A stretch of DNA of 64,000 nucleotides from an uncultured virus (IMG/VR IMGVR_UViG_3300035698_025391) (lineage: Duplodnaviria > Heunggongvirae > Uroviricota > Caudoviricetes). Both the position numbers and the translations under genes were made by a program. Below are positions 10,063 to 21,748 of this stretch, in pieces. Below the pieces are notes generated by a model. The model was not told the origin of the DNA. It ran no database searches and saw only the letters and a list, made by a program, of their open reading frames with translations. Within the stretch, counting starts at the first letter, position 1. Each line of letters starts with the position of its first letter. The stretch is from IMG/VR virus record IMGVR_UViG_3300035698_025391. The stretch is one strand, 5' to 3'.

Positions 10063-11597
10063 AAGGACCACTACAGGGGACCTACGCGAAAGGGTTATAC
10101 CAATGAACCAGACATTTATAGACCTGGGCTTGGCGTTTCTGTTTGGCTGTGTATTATTCTGGCCAGTAATTCTATTCAAGATTCATCCCCCTACCGGCAA
10201 ACGGTTAGCCAACAGTTTGTTGATGAAGAAGAAAAAGGGAAAAAGAAAGCCCATGACTCAAGATAAAACCAAAGTCAAACTGTCAGCGGAACTAATTGAA
10301 CACATCCTCAATACCGAAGACGTCCTTTTCATTGGATGGTGCCTTCAACACAGATCTAATGGTCATCTACCTTCAATACCTCATGATGAATGGCGGACTT
10401 TGCTCACTGTAGTGATGCATGATCTCACACCGGAGGGCCTTAGGACATTGGCCAGGGCCTCGAAGAAAGAGCACCTCTTCGCCAAAGCCCTGGTAATCTG
10501 GGACCTTGACCATCCGGTAAAAGATACTCTTCCGACCGGTATTAGTACCGATCTTGGATTACCTGGAGATCCATTATCTGTCGTGATGAAAATAGACCAC
10601 GAAGAACATTAGAGTCAAAGGCAAATGACGTGGTACGTGAAGCCTTAGAGTTCCTGGGTTACAATCGCCTTGTCGAAGCCTTCGACGATATAAATCGATC
10701 TTGCCACTGATAGCAGAGAGGAAGACCCATGACATCTCAATTGGATCGTATGCTAATAGAAGACCATCAAAGTATTGAGGCAGATGAGGAGCTTCTTGAA
10801 CTCAGGCGGGAGAATGTCCTACTAAAGGAGCAGTTGAGGAGAAAATCCACTAGCTCCAACTATCAATACCCCGAGGAGACAATAACCATAGCAACTGCTG
10901 TAAAACTTCCATCTAATTCTGACTGTCCACTTTTTAATGATGACCTCTTTATAACAAGGCTGACCCATGTCCCCCCTATAATAAAGTAGTATTGTTCCCT
11001 ATCACTGTCCTAGTAGGTAAGTACTGTTGGGAACACAGACCACCCCATTCCATTTGTGGCCATTTCGATAACAAAGGGGGCCATAGCACCTGCTCTTTGG
11101 GCTTCGATATTGACGATAATCTACACAAGAGAGATCCAGGAGGTGTCTTGAAACCACCGGAATGTCTCATACTCAAAGAAGGATGACTACCTATGTTGAA
11201 TCCTGCACTGTCCATCGCCGCTAAGAGGTAATTTATAATGTTTTATAACATGGCAGCACTGGTGATGGCCGAAGTTGAAATTGCGTATCTCAATGGGCTT
11301 TTGGCATTACAGAAACAGATAGCCGATGAATTCACCGCCAGACTCATCGACAACAAGGAAGGAGAAGGTGAGGACATAGACACTACCGATGCTGTCAAAG
11401 AAAAGGCCATGGAAGGCCGTCTCAATACAGGTGCTGACAACCTGTACTATTCGTAGTCATATTTACCATCGTGGCTAGAACCAAAGTCCTTTGAGGATAA
11501 CTTTTTATGATAGCAAAGGTGAAGAAGGAGACTATCGAGACTCTCAAACTGACCATCAGAGATTGCTAACGGAATCAGTCATTAAAAGGAGCAAGTT

Positions 11598-12089
11598 ATG
11601 CTAGGAGTGAGAGTCAAAGAAAGTATGCCTGGAGGCATAGGTCACTATCTTACTCACATTGTTAAAGATGTACCTACCAGGAATCTGGAAGGTAATTTCC
11701 TAACATTCTGTGATAAGACTATCAAACGTGAGGAAATGATAACGATTTCTTCCATAGATGGTAATATCAACTGCCCTACCTGTATTGCCAGATATGCTGA
11801 AGAAACCAAAGTTCCGATCACCCTTGTGCGACTACAGTTGAGATTGGGACATAATATAGCCAGACTCATCAGCGAATACGTTAATTATGTTCATCAAACT
11901 GATAGATCTCTTGAAAAGCCACCCACATTTAGCTGTTCGCATTCATTTAAATGTAACCCTGGGCTCACCCACTGCCCGTATGACTTCGCAAAGGCCTGTC
12001 ATACAAAAGAGCCAGGCGAAGCAGTCGAGTTTGATTGTCAAGTGCTCGACTTCCGTGGCGTCTTCGTAAACATTACAAAGTTCGTATAG
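11598..12089 (+). CDS. HC3 zinc-finger plus Cys-rich C-terminal domain protein
   Basis: GHYLTH..TFCD..INCPTCI; FSCSHSFKCNPGLTHCPYDF. Confidence 0.65.
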   Translation: MLGVRVKESMPGGIGHYLTHIVKDVPTRNLEGNFLTFCDKTIKREEMITISSIDGNINCPTCIARYAEETKVPITLVRLQLRLGHNIARLISEYVNYVHQTDRSLEKPPTFSCSHSFKCNPGLTHCPYDFAKACHTKEPGEAVEFDCQVLDFRGVFVNITKFV

Positions 12090-12102
12090 AGGAGCAGTCA
12101 GT

Positions 12103-12447
12103 ATGATTGGAGTTAAGATAAGAGAGCGGAAGCCCGACGGCACAAATCACTATATCACCCACATCACCAGGGCACCGACAAAACGCTCACTGTTTGTAAC
12201 AGAAGGTGTCACAACCATCTGTGGTGAGTACAGTCGGGCTGGCAGTGACAATCTGGTGTTTGTGTCTTATATAGACAGCAATATCGACTGTCCTGGCTGT
12301 ATTGAGCAATACGCAAAGGAGAATGGCATTCCTATCACACTCTTTCGTTTGCAACTGGCATTGGGTGATGAGCATGCCGAACTCATCGACCGACATATCG
12401 GCTACTCTATTGATGATCTTTCACGTTCGACCAAGAAGGGAGGATGA
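12103..12447 (+). CDS. HC3 zinc-finger protein, tandem paralog of 11598
   Basis: MIGVKIRE..G..HYITH..TICG..IDCPGCIEQYAKE..PITL.RLQL.LG aligns with 11598. Confidence 0.7.
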   Translation: MIGVKIRERKPDGTNHYITHITRAPTKRSLFVTEGVTTICGEYSRAGSDNLVFVSYIDSNIDCPGCIEQYAKENGIPITLFRLQLALGDEHAELIDRHIGYSIDDLSRSTKKGG

Positions 12448-12947
12448 CATGCCCAAGAAAGTAACCAGGTTCGAGGCGTACCAGATATCGGTTGATACCA
12501 AACCGAACGACGCTACTGACATCAAGTGTGGTGGCCCACATATACTGGGCTTCGATTTCTTCATCGACACTACCTTCACCAAGAACGCGGCATTGGAGAT
12601 GATCAGGAAGATTTTCATAGAGGAAGGCCACTCTGATGTATCAGTGCGGATAGTCGGCAAGGTAGCTGTCAAGAAACTGTGGACAACGACAATGATCCGA
12701 ACTGAAATAATCAGGAACCCAGAAATGTTTTGAGGTAGATTATGTCCCTAGCAACCGTAGCAGAACAGGAGGAGTGTTCATCATGCTTCTGGTTCATACC
12801 CATGGAAACACATGATTGTGGCTATCCCAATGGTATAGGTGTGTGTAGCAACGACGAGTCTGACCATTGTGGGCATGTGTTGAGTAGTAATCATACGGCT
12901 TGCAAGGAGCACAGCCCCCCAACAGAATCATAAAAGGACATATACCT

Positions 12948-13556
12948 ATGGAGTTCATAAAAAAACCAGTAAGGAATCTCCGCAATCAGTTCCAATCTTT
13001 ACGCCCAACAGAAGTTATAGAAGTAGACTTCGAGGTACGGGTTGTGGAAGAATTTCCGAACTGGTGGCTGGAGAAGGCCAAAGAGCTGGACTTTTGGGGG
13101 CTTGCCCTCAACAAGGATGACATGATGATACTGTATGGCTTCCCAGCCAAAGGAGGGCACTTCAGCCACAGTACAAAGGATGTGCGTGTGACACGTCATC
13201 CTAAACTCGGAGGAGTCAACAGAATATTAATAATGGACTACCTACACAACATTTGGGACTGTCCACGCAGTCGTGGAGCAGCCGAAGCAGCATCAATGCT
13301 TAATATGATGCGACATGACTATCTCGGCAGACTGGTAGACCCAATATGTATTCAGGATGAAGCAAACATGATTGAATTCCCTGAAGAGCTTCCCACATTT
13401 GGTTGTTCATATTCACTTAAGTGTGACAAAGGGATCAAGCATTGTCCACATAATCTTGAAATGTTCTGCCTCACGCAAAAGAAAGGAGAATCCAGAAATT
13501 TACGCTGCCCAGTGATCGGAATACATATTCCGGTAATAATCACAAGACTTACTTAA
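12948..13556 (+). CDS. Two-domain hypothetical protein
   Basis: N-domain VVEEFP...AKEL..W shared with 15406; C-domain TFGCSYSLKC..G..HCP shared with 11598. Confidence 0.65.
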   Translation: MEFIKKPVRNLRNQFQSLRPTEVIEVDFEVRVVEEFPNWWLEKAKELDFWGLALNKDDMMILYGFPAKGGHFSHSTKDVRVTRHPKLGGVNRILIMDYLHNIWDCPRSRGAAEAASMLNMMRHDYLGRLVDPICIQDEANMIEFPEELPTFGCSYSLKCDKGIKHCPHNLEMFCLTQKKGESRNLRCPVIGIHIPVIITRLT

Positions 13557-14108
13557 GGAGGAAACAATGGTTGGTTTTCATAATCAAACCATCTATTCGT
13601 TGGCTGATAATGACTTGTGTGTTAAATGTGCTAATTCCGAGTTAATCTTTGGAGACAGTACATTTAGTGGTGGTGGCTTCATCTGTCTACCGCATGGTCT
13701 ACCCAACAAACAAGGTTGTCCTCATTTCGTACAGGCACCTACCAAAAGGATCAAAAATCGGGAAATCATCATTAAATTCATGCTTGTCAAGGGCTTTCAG
13801 AAAGAACCCGATCAGGAATGGGAGGACGCAAAATATTACGAACTCTGCTGATGGGGATATAGGTTGTCATCAGTCTGACTCTCATCGAATTCATAAGAAC
13901 ATTATATCACATATGTATGTAAGGAGATTTAGCATGTCATTCAAATGCTGTGCTCCGGGCAAGGGATGCGGGGATATTAGAAATTGCCCGTATGATTTTG
14001 AAAAACAGTTACCCTGGTTAGAACCGGGCCTATCAGTTCCAGTAAACTGTCAAATAGTGAACGGTATTGTATCCATACGCAGATCATCGACTTCCGAAGG
14101 GGGATAGT

Positions 14109-14369
14109 ATGGCATTCACACTGAAGTGCGAGAACTGTGGTAACACTGGCGGCATCACAACGGAAGGAGAACATACTCCCAGCCCTCAAGGAGAGGCAAT
14201 AGCCATGCAGGTCATGAGACAAAGTAATTCCGTGTGGCTCAACATTACATGCGAAGCATGCGGGCATACTTTCGATGGCAAACCACCCATGAGCGTAGCC
14301 CACAACCCGTACAACATTCATCAACCGGCATTGCTGATCGCTGGTACCGATGCAATGAAGACAAGGTGA
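14109..14369 (+). CDS. Zinc-ribbon protein
   Basis: CENCG...CEACG. Confidence 0.55.
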   Translation: MAFTLKCENCGNTGGITTEGEHTPSPQGEAIAMQVMRQSNSVWLNITCEACGHTFDGKPPMSVAHNPYNIHQPALLIAGTDAMKTR

Positions 14370-14662
14370 TGTAAAAATGGTATTTACTCAATATGTGATG
14401 AAACAGGGAGGTGATCAATGCCTGAATACGAAGATGGACTGTTGATTGTATATGTAATCCCATCCGCCAAAACAACGGGATCGGATCACTATGAAGAGAC
14501 ACACAACTACGTACTTTCTCATTCACGTGGCCTCTCACAAGCCGGTATAAAATTCTTCAAGAGACAGCGGGCAAAAAAACACAGATGTGGGGAAGACGAC
14601 ATTAAGATAACGAACTTCATCAAACTGGTCAAACATTCCAGAGAATCGGAGTAAAGGAGGTA

Positions 14663-15403
14663 ATGTTCATGGCCACAGTGGTTGATACAAAAATAGAAGA
14701 ATTTCAGTATTGGGCCCATCGAATAATGAACTACGAGAACAAGCCCGGGATGCCTCAAAGCTATGTGGATGCCTGTTTTGCCAGGTGGAGAGCACAGGCT
14801 TTGATACCGGCTCGTATACTCTTGAATCTTGAATATATCCACAGCACAACCCTTACGCAATTGAAAGCCCTTTTGGTGTGTTGTAATGCGGTCATGAGAA
14901 CGTATACTGACCCCAATAAGGGTTATTATGCGAAATGGACAGAATTCAGGGCCGATATCGCCGAATGTATCCGTGAAAAAGAAAAGGCTCGAGAAGATCA
15001 AGAACCTGACACCAAGCAACGCTATACGGAACAACAGATTTCAGCTACGTGTGAGTCATGTTCTGATATGGTTATGCATAACATGCCGGTGGCTTGCCTT
15101 ATCTTCACTCAAACTGGCAGGTGTAAATATCTGGGACATAGGATCAAACCACCTATAGGCGGACGCTTTGCTGATTTCGGTATGCGTCGTCAGTTTGGTG
15201 GTGTGCCTGTCGCAACCAAGGTGGATATGTATACGGCCCGTTGGGGCTCTTACGGTGTCAATAAAAAGGGCACATTGGAATGGGTCAGACTCATTGATCT
15301 ATCCAGTAAGCATCTGTTAAACATTCTAACTTCAGAACATCAGATCCAACCTGACTATCGTGGATTCATTAAGGATATTCTATTACAAAGGAAGGTGGTC
15401 TAA
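14663..15403 (+). CDS. Helical-repeat family protein with additional domains
   Basis: TLTQLKALLVCCNAVMRTY....YYAKW matches the 8600 repeat; AAGGAGGT SD. Confidence 0.65.
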   Translation: MFMATVVDTKIEEFQYWAHRIMNYENKPGMPQSYVDACFARWRAQALIPARILLNLEYIHSTTLTQLKALLVCCNAVMRTYTDPNKGYYAKWTEFRADIAECIREKEKAREDQEPDTKQRYTEQQISATCESCSDMVMHNMPVACLIFTQTGRCKYLGHRIKPPIGGRFADFGMRRQFGGVPVATKVDMYTARWGSYGVNKKGTLEWVRLIDLSSKHLLNILTSEHQIQPDYRGFIKDILLQRKVV

Positions 15404-15405
15404 CC

Positions 15406-15864
15406 ATGCCAGGGGATTTAAACATAACGGGCGGGAGTATAGAGTCACAATTCTGGTTCAGGCTACAAACTACCGAACCAAATCCCTGGAACCTCGACCT
15501 CGAAGTGGTTGAAATATTCCCGGATGCTATTATGAGCCAAGCCAAGGAATTACAGTGCTGGGCATTGCTTGCTAGCACCAAATACCCCACCGTTGTGGGC
15601 TTTGATCTGGTCCGTGTCAAAATGCAAGTAATGAAGGCATGGGTCATTGTCAACGAGAATCTGGTTGTACAACAATGTATCGTACGCGATCTCTCCGAGG
15701 CTTTTTTATTGAAACCCGAACAGTCTGCTTCTTACCTTGAATTCTCATTGAGGATACTGAAGCAGGAATTTGATCATCAGATGTGGGATGGACACATGCT
15801 AACCGAGAAAGTCCGAGCTGATGCTGATTTTCCATTAGAATCTGACGACTTGCCAAACGAATAA
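15406..15864 (+). CDS. Hypothetical protein, paralog of the 12948 N-domain
   Basis: LEVVEIFPDAIMSQAKELQCWAL. Confidence 0.6.
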   Translation: MPGDLNITGGSIESQFWFRLQTTEPNPWNLDLEVVEIFPDAIMSQAKELQCWALLASTKYPTVVGFDLVRVKMQVMKAWVIVNENLVVQQCIVRDLSEAFLLKPEQSASYLEFSLRILKQEFDHQMWDGHMLTEKVRADADFPLESDDLPNE

Positions 15865-15960
15865 GGACCAGCCTATGACCCAAGATGAGTTGACCCTACT
15901 GTTAGCTATCATAGCAATAATGTTTGCTCTATTCAACCTGTCGGACTAAAGGAGAATGTC

Positions 15961-16464
15961 ATGTTTTATATAGCCCAATTTCTTGGATATCTTGCTCTTT
16001 GGCGTACCATATACACGATTGCTCCAGAAAATGTACAAGTGTTGATCATTGTGATCGGAGGTATTATAGGCTTTATATGGCTCATGGTCCTGCTGAACGG
16101 TGTTACTGAAGCCATTAGGAAGCAACTCAAGGATATCAACGAGTTAAGAACACAAAGTGATGATAAGATATCCCATCAAGCCCAATTAGATGAGTATGTC
16201 AAAAGAATGGAACCATTGATGACCACCACCTATGCCCAATTTGAGAAGGACATCATGAAAACTGTCAGCGGTTCCTCTCTGTTGGCAACAGTCAAGGACA
16301 AACCAACGGGCAACTATGCTAATGTGTTGAAAGTGTTCGAAGATCGCATCAGAAGTTCGTTGAATAGCATCTGCGAGTGTGACAGGCGTATTAACGACCT
16401 CAAAGCCATGATTGAGGTTAGCTCAAAGATGAGATGGTCCGGATGGGGAATGTTTCTTCCCTAA
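15961..16464 (+). CDS. Membrane-anchored coiled-coil protein
   Basis: Two N-terminal hydrophobic helices followed by heptads. Confidence 0.6.
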   Translation: MFYIAQFLGYLALWRTIYTIAPENVQVLIIVIGGIIGFIWLMVLLNGVTEAIRKQLKDINELRTQSDDKISHQAQLDEYVKRMEPLMTTTYAQFEKDIMKTVSGSSLLATVKDKPTGNYANVLKVFEDRIRSSLNSICECDRRINDLKAMIEVSSKMRWSGWGMFLP

Positions 16465-16861
16465 TGCACTGATCAATCATAAGGAGATGGTATCATGGAA
16501 AATGAAGTATTACGTGTTCACATCGAAGAAGCCACGATATTACGACTCATAACAGAGTTTATCAAAGGACAGACCGGGACGGAAGTTGACGAAATCAATA
16601 TTAATTTCAAAGGTACGGTTGGGCAAGACAACACCTCACAACTTGTCTTTGGGGTCGGCGTCGATGTCATTGTGCCTGTAAAAGTGGATTAATCGGAGTG
16701 AGCTATGGAAACAATCGATATGTTACTCAAAGTTCGAATAGGCTTGGCGTGTGAATACTGTCTCGAAATAATACAGGATGGTCCACCACCAGGACATCGG
16801 AGGTACTGTTCTATATGTAAAGAGATATTTTCAAGTGTGGAAAACAAGGGGGGATCGACCA

Positions 16862-17323
16862 ATGGCTGAATCAATTACAACCAGAAAGATGGTACTGTGG
16901 ATCTGCATAGCATCTATCGTCACCGCAATTATTTGCTGTATGATATTTGGTCTGATGCTCAGGAACCAGTTGCCGAACACTGTGGTGCTACAACAACCGA
17001 CACCATATGCCACCCAGGCCCCGATTCAGCACACCATGAAGACGAATGGTGGGCAACTGGCCGTGGCCACTTTAGCCCAGGATATGAAAGTGGTCCAGCT
17101 AAACACCGTTATACGACACAGATTTGAGGAAGGAGATAATCTTCGTCATGTGTCTGGTATCAAAAAGTATGATGTCGAGGTTACTACTGTTATGCGTAGC
17201 TTACTGAACGACGGTACTGTCAAAGTGACATATTATCTACGACTCAATACACGTATTGGATCATTGTACGGATCAGAAAATCTACCAGCACCATTCATTG
17301 ACGCCTGCTACAACAAACGGTAA
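16862..17323 (+). CDS. Membrane-anchored hypothetical protein
   Basis: G-rich SD before ATG 16862; N-terminal TM helix. Confidence 0.55.
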   Translation: MAESITTRKMVLWICIASIVTAIICCMIFGLMLRNQLPNTVVLQQPTPYATQAPIQHTMKTNGGQLAVATLAQDMKVVQLNTVIRHRFEEGDNLRHVSGIKKYDVEVTTVMRSLLNDGTVKVTYYLRLNTRIGSLYGSENLPAPFIDACYNKR

Positions 17324-17336
17324 GGGGAGGTTTTGG

Positions 17337-17729
17337 ATGAAACCGATGGATAAAACGGGCTTCTTCAAGAATGTGAAAGATACGCGGAACATTGTCCATG
17401 CTGTGAAATCTAAGGATCGAATTGGGACAATAACCACCCAGTGTGGTCTGACATTTCCTACATTACCCACTTCAACTTCAAAGCCCTCCTGTCCTGAATG
17501 TTTAGAGTTCTACCGCCGCACGGTTGTGGTGCCCGGTTTGAAAGAGGCTATCGCCGAACATCTGGTTCGAACAGCTGCTTTAAGACGAACCTTATTGAGA
17601 TTCAAGGGCCTGAAATTCTCTTGTGAATTTTTCTTCAGTGATCCCGAAAGTCGAGTTATTTGTAGTCACCCTGACAAAAGTCGTATAAGTGAATGCGAAC
17701 CTTGGATATGTCCATTTGAAGAGGAGTAA
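17337..17729 (+). CDS. HC3 zinc-finger plus CxHP..C..CP protein
   Basis: IVHAV..TQCG..PSCPECL; ICSHPD..ECEPWICPF. Confidence 0.65.
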   Translation: MKPMDKTGFFKNVKDTRNIVHAVKSKDRIGTITTQCGLTFPTLPTSTSKPSCPECLEFYRRTVVVPGLKEAIAEHLVRTAALRRTLLRFKGLKFSCEFFFSDPESRVICSHPDKSRISECEPWICPFEEE

Positions 17730-18509
17730 ATACTGTGTCAAAAGTAGAAGATATTGGCTATGTGGCCGTAAGAAAATACCGAAGGTTAGCCGATGAGCAT
17801 GGGCATGACCATGCTGTAGCTACAATGGGTCAGCGTGAGATCGATATAGGATTTGAATATATCGTGGCCTGTGCCACCCCTGAAAATTACGACAAAGCCG
17901 TGGAACTTGGCTATCCGCCTGGAACTCACGTCATTCTGGCAACTCTAGGGCGTTAGGCTCCGGAGTGGGTTGGACTGCTCTCAGCCCGTCAGGTGTGGAG
18001 GTGACAAGGATACATCGTCCGGACAAGAGAACCATAAACCATTAGAGGGGAGGTAAATTACATGACAGACCCAATTGCTGCCACAATGAAACCAAGACTC
18101 GTAGAGGTAGCACAAGAGATGATCAACAAACTCAATGGATTAGTACAAGCACCGATTGAATATGTATTCGGTGAGGATGAGTACCACCTTTTCCTCAACG
18201 AGGGTAAAGAGTCAACGTACACACTCATCCTGAAAACTTACGATTCTGACCTGATTGTCATCAGTCGAAAGCAAGTCGGTACTGGCAAGACTATAGGCCA
18301 GCTCAATGACTTCTTAAAGGGCATGCTCGAAGCCATGAAAGTAACTATGGAGCGTCTCCCAATTAGGACAATATCCAAGCCTAATTGTACTGCATATGTA
18401 GATGGAGGCTGTCCTCCTTGTTACGGTAGGTCCGATGTCAAAGGACAATGCGAGGAAGGTGGGACGGCCCGCTGTCCACACTGTGCCAAGAAAACGGAGG
18501 TGCCACATC

Positions 18510-19529
18510 ATGTTCAATAAATACATACAGGGGCTTAACACAAGCCTTCTGGCAGCAATTTTTTCTTTCTTTCTTTCTATTATTCTTCCCTCTCTTCTTT
18601 TCTTCTCTATTCATAACGCATTCGCTTCAGCAGGGGGCAAACATGAGTATGTGGCCAATTTTCCTGGTGGCTTCATATATACGGTGGACTCCGAAACAGC
18701 CGCAATATTGGCCAAGGGCCTTAAATCGGAAACAGAAGCTTTTGAAAAAGCGGCCCAAGGCCTCAAAGAAAGTAGCGATGTCTCTACTGCCCCGGATGCC
18801 GTATTAAACGGTAGGTCCTGTATTGGCTCGTTATACCTGATCAGAGATAAGGACGGCCACATACGTGCGGAGATCCTCTACACTGATGGTGTTCTTGAAG
18901 CCATCTACAATAAAGCAAACACTACTAACGTTGCCCCCACTGGCGGTTCAATAGATGAAGGAACTTTAGTCAAGGTAACAAATGAACAACCGATAACCAT
19001 TTTCAAACTGGAAGACGTAACAGAAGCTATTGCGGCCTCCTTTCATTCAGAAGAAGTCAAACCCACACAAAATAAGGGAGAACAAGTCATGACACTGCTA
19101 AACCTATTGTGGAATTCGTACCAGGCGGCTTTTCCGATTTGTTTGATTTTTTGGATAATCCTGTGGTCCTTAACCGCTTCCATCGAAGTCTTTAACTACG
19201 GAAGATCCTACATTTTAGACATTGAAGAGCACAAACCCTGGACGTATGTATTCAAGGACAATGCTTTCATCAGCAAATGGGTACTTTTCGCTGACACCGG
19301 AGTCTTTGAAGATGAAGACTCCATGGAGTCGGAGTTCTGGTTGTACCAATGGCTCTTTTGTTCAATAGTCGGTTGGGGAATCTGTATCTTCCTGTGGCCC
19401 ATTGTCATGGTAATTGGATGCTCCATAGGCACCATGCGTGGTCTACGGGGATTTTTCAGATTAAAGACAAAGGTCGATCACATCGACGTGCGATGCGGGC
19501 GTCGGCACCCAGAAATGACAGGAGAGTGA
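18510..19529 (+). CDS. Membrane protein, probably a fusion of two genes
   Basis: TM segments; internal AAGGGAG SD plus in-frame ATG at 19089. Confidence 0.55.
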   Translation: MFNKYIQGLNTSLLAAIFSFFLSIILPSLLFFSIHNAFASAGGKHEYVANFPGGFIYTVDSETAAILAKGLKSETEAFEKAAQGLKESSDVSTAPDAVLNGRSCIGSLYLIRDKDGHIRAEILYTDGVLEAIYNKANTTNVAPTGGSIDEGTLVKVTNEQPITIFKLEDVTEAIAASFHSEEVKPTQNKGEQVMTLLNLLWNSYQAAFPICLIFWIILWSLTASIEVFNYGRSYILDIEEHKPWTYVFKDNAFISKWVLFADTGVFEDEDSMESEFWLYQWLFCSIVGWGICIFLWPIVMVIGCSIGTMRGLRGFFRLKTKVDHIDVRCGRRHPEMTGE

Positions 19530-20778
19530 GAAATAATGACCTTAAGAAGCAGATTTAATAGTGCCTTAACCATAGGCATCTACGTGATCACGGCTTTTAG
19601 TTGTCTGACTGACAGCATCGCGTTGGCAGTATTGGCCTACGCCATAGCCATTGTCCTCCTATGCACATATGCCATGTTGGCATTCAATAGCGGAGTGTTA
19701 TGCCTTATCGTTGACGATATTATGGCAAGGGGGGTACCACAGGCCGAAGCGTCTCGAAATACGAAGGTGCTATGTACAGGCATGGTATTATGTGCATTAA
19801 CAGTCCTATTCACAGGTATGTACATCCTCTTTATAATATGGACGTTCGCGTTGCTGTTCCTTGGTATCGGTATTGTCAAACTGTCCGAACGACTTGAGGT
19901 TGCGAGGAGGACATGAACATGGCATTTTACAGCCACGGCCTTCGTGAATTCGGTATTAGACAGCCCCGTATAAATCTTATGCCCAGGCCAGAGCCACGGT
20001 TCAAACTGCCGAAGCTTAACATTGGTGGATCGTTTAGCTTCTGGTTCTGGCAGGGTATATTCTGGATTGGCCTAGCCGCTGGTATCTGTTTTCTAATTGG
20101 CCTAGCCATTGCGTTTGGCCACTTCTTTATCGATTTAGGGGTGGACTTCGCAACGGTCCTTATCAGCCATTTCGGGGGGGGGGTGAGTAACGCCTATGAC
20201 TGCGACAAAGTTTGATTAAATCCTGCAACTATACACAACAGAAAGGCTTAGATTATGTTACTTTGACTTCACACAACATAGAACATCAGAACTGAAGGGG
20301 CATTAAAGGGTACGAAAGAGCTGAAGAATGGGATGGAAACCTGACCAACTGCCATGACTTCGTACCCTTTCGAATTTCTTCAGTAACCTACAACTAATGG
20401 AGGAAGCCAAGACCCCACGATATAAGCCACATCATCATACTTACTGTATTGGATATGGGGATGCAGGCCACTTTAGGTTTCTAATGATATATTTCCGCTA
20501 TCCTGTACAAAAATCATATAAACTATTTCCAAATCATTCTAGACATAGAGGAGGTGATGAGTAATGGCCGATCAAAACGTTGTTAGTGACAAAAGCGTTC
20601 CAGGTTTAACAGCAGCACATATTTTGGGAACATGTGCCAGCACTGAAAGCCGTGCTACCACTATCCGCAAACTGGCTATAGTGGAACTAGTCAGACGACA
20701 TGACGGGGAGTTTCGAGATATTAAAGTCCTGATTGATACTGATCCTGACAGTTTTAGTTTTGATTTCGTGGTGACATA

Positions 20779-21012
20779 ATGATCGTAGCGAAGCTAGGAA
20801 TTAGCAGAGGTACCGTAATGTGTGAGTGTGGTGACCATTGCTATCCATACAATGAAAGCCATTACAACTACGTCAGAAAGTGTGTACTGTGTGGCAGACG
20901 ACTGCCTGTGGTACAAGACCTACTATCAGGAAGTGACGATCTCTACTACAAGCTTCAATGGCATCGAGGTAAATTTGACCCTCAAAAGGAGACGAAAGTA
21001 TGGAATCAATAA
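20779..21012 (+). CDS. Double-CxxC zinc ribbon, LP..WH family
   Basis: CECG..CVLCGRRLP..L..YKLQWH. Confidence 0.65.
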   Translation: MIVAKLGISRGTVMCECGDHCYPYNESHYNYVRKCVLCGRRLPVVQDLLSGSDDLYYKLQWHRGKFDPQKETKVWNQ

Positions 21013-21467
21013 CCATCTATTGGATCATGCTCATGGCCGCATTTGCTATCGCAGAAATGATCAGCCCATCGTTCATAATGGGATTCTTCGCTCTTGGTAG
21101 CTTAGTGACTGCCATCGTGTCATGGATCTTCCCTCTTCCCATGGTATACTACACGAGTATTTTCATCCTTTCTTCAGTGCTTAGTCTGATGGTAGCTAGG
21201 CGATTCGTCAAAGAAACATTCAGAGGCGGAACGATTAAAGGCGAGGACTTACCACACAAATCCCGCATCGGCCAAATCGGCATCGTGGCTGATGATATTC
21301 ATCCTAATATGCCTGGCACAATTAAACTCGCAGGCACATTTTGGTCAGCCAAAGCTGATGTGGTCATTATATCCGGAAGAGCAGTCGAGATTGTTAACCA
21401 TTCGGGCCCGGCACAGTTCGTGGTGAAATCTCTCCAAAACAACGTCAATGAAATGGGGGAGCCATGA
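21000..21467 (+). CDS. NfeD-family membrane protein (YbbJ-like)
   Basis: TM helices with AEMISP, then OB-fold IGQIGIV...GTIKLAGTFWSA....I..G..VEIV. Confidence 0.8.
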   Translation: MESITIYWIMLMAAFAIAEMISPSFIMGFFALGSLVTAIVSWIFPLPMVYYTSIFILSSVLSLMVARRFVKETFRGGTIKGEDLPHKSRIGQIGIVADDIHPNMPGTIKLAGTFWSAKADVVIISGRAVEIVNHSGPAQFVVKSLQNNVNEMGEP

Positions 21468-21748
21468 GTATTCTTGAATGTAGTGAGAGTAATTCATAGT
21501 GTCGCCGCAGCAGAGACATTGTGGTACAGGCATGGGTTTAGCCGGGTAAAACTCCAGGATACCCTTGCAAATCGCATTGAAGATGGTTTTCCAATGTGCT
21601 ATTGTATTCCTACCAAATGCCAAGATTGGCAAGCCTTGGAACCAGAAGAATTCAACGACGAAAAGGTCCCCATGGGCCATTGCATAGCCACAACAACGGA
21701 GATCTTACTTTAACATTCTCATGACACTCAACAGGAGGCAAGAAGACA

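Noticed and set aside
20174..20183. G10 tract (and G9 at 60578) as phase-variation site
   Set aside because: Both sit at gene 3' ends in SD-like positions; no read-level length variation can be assessed
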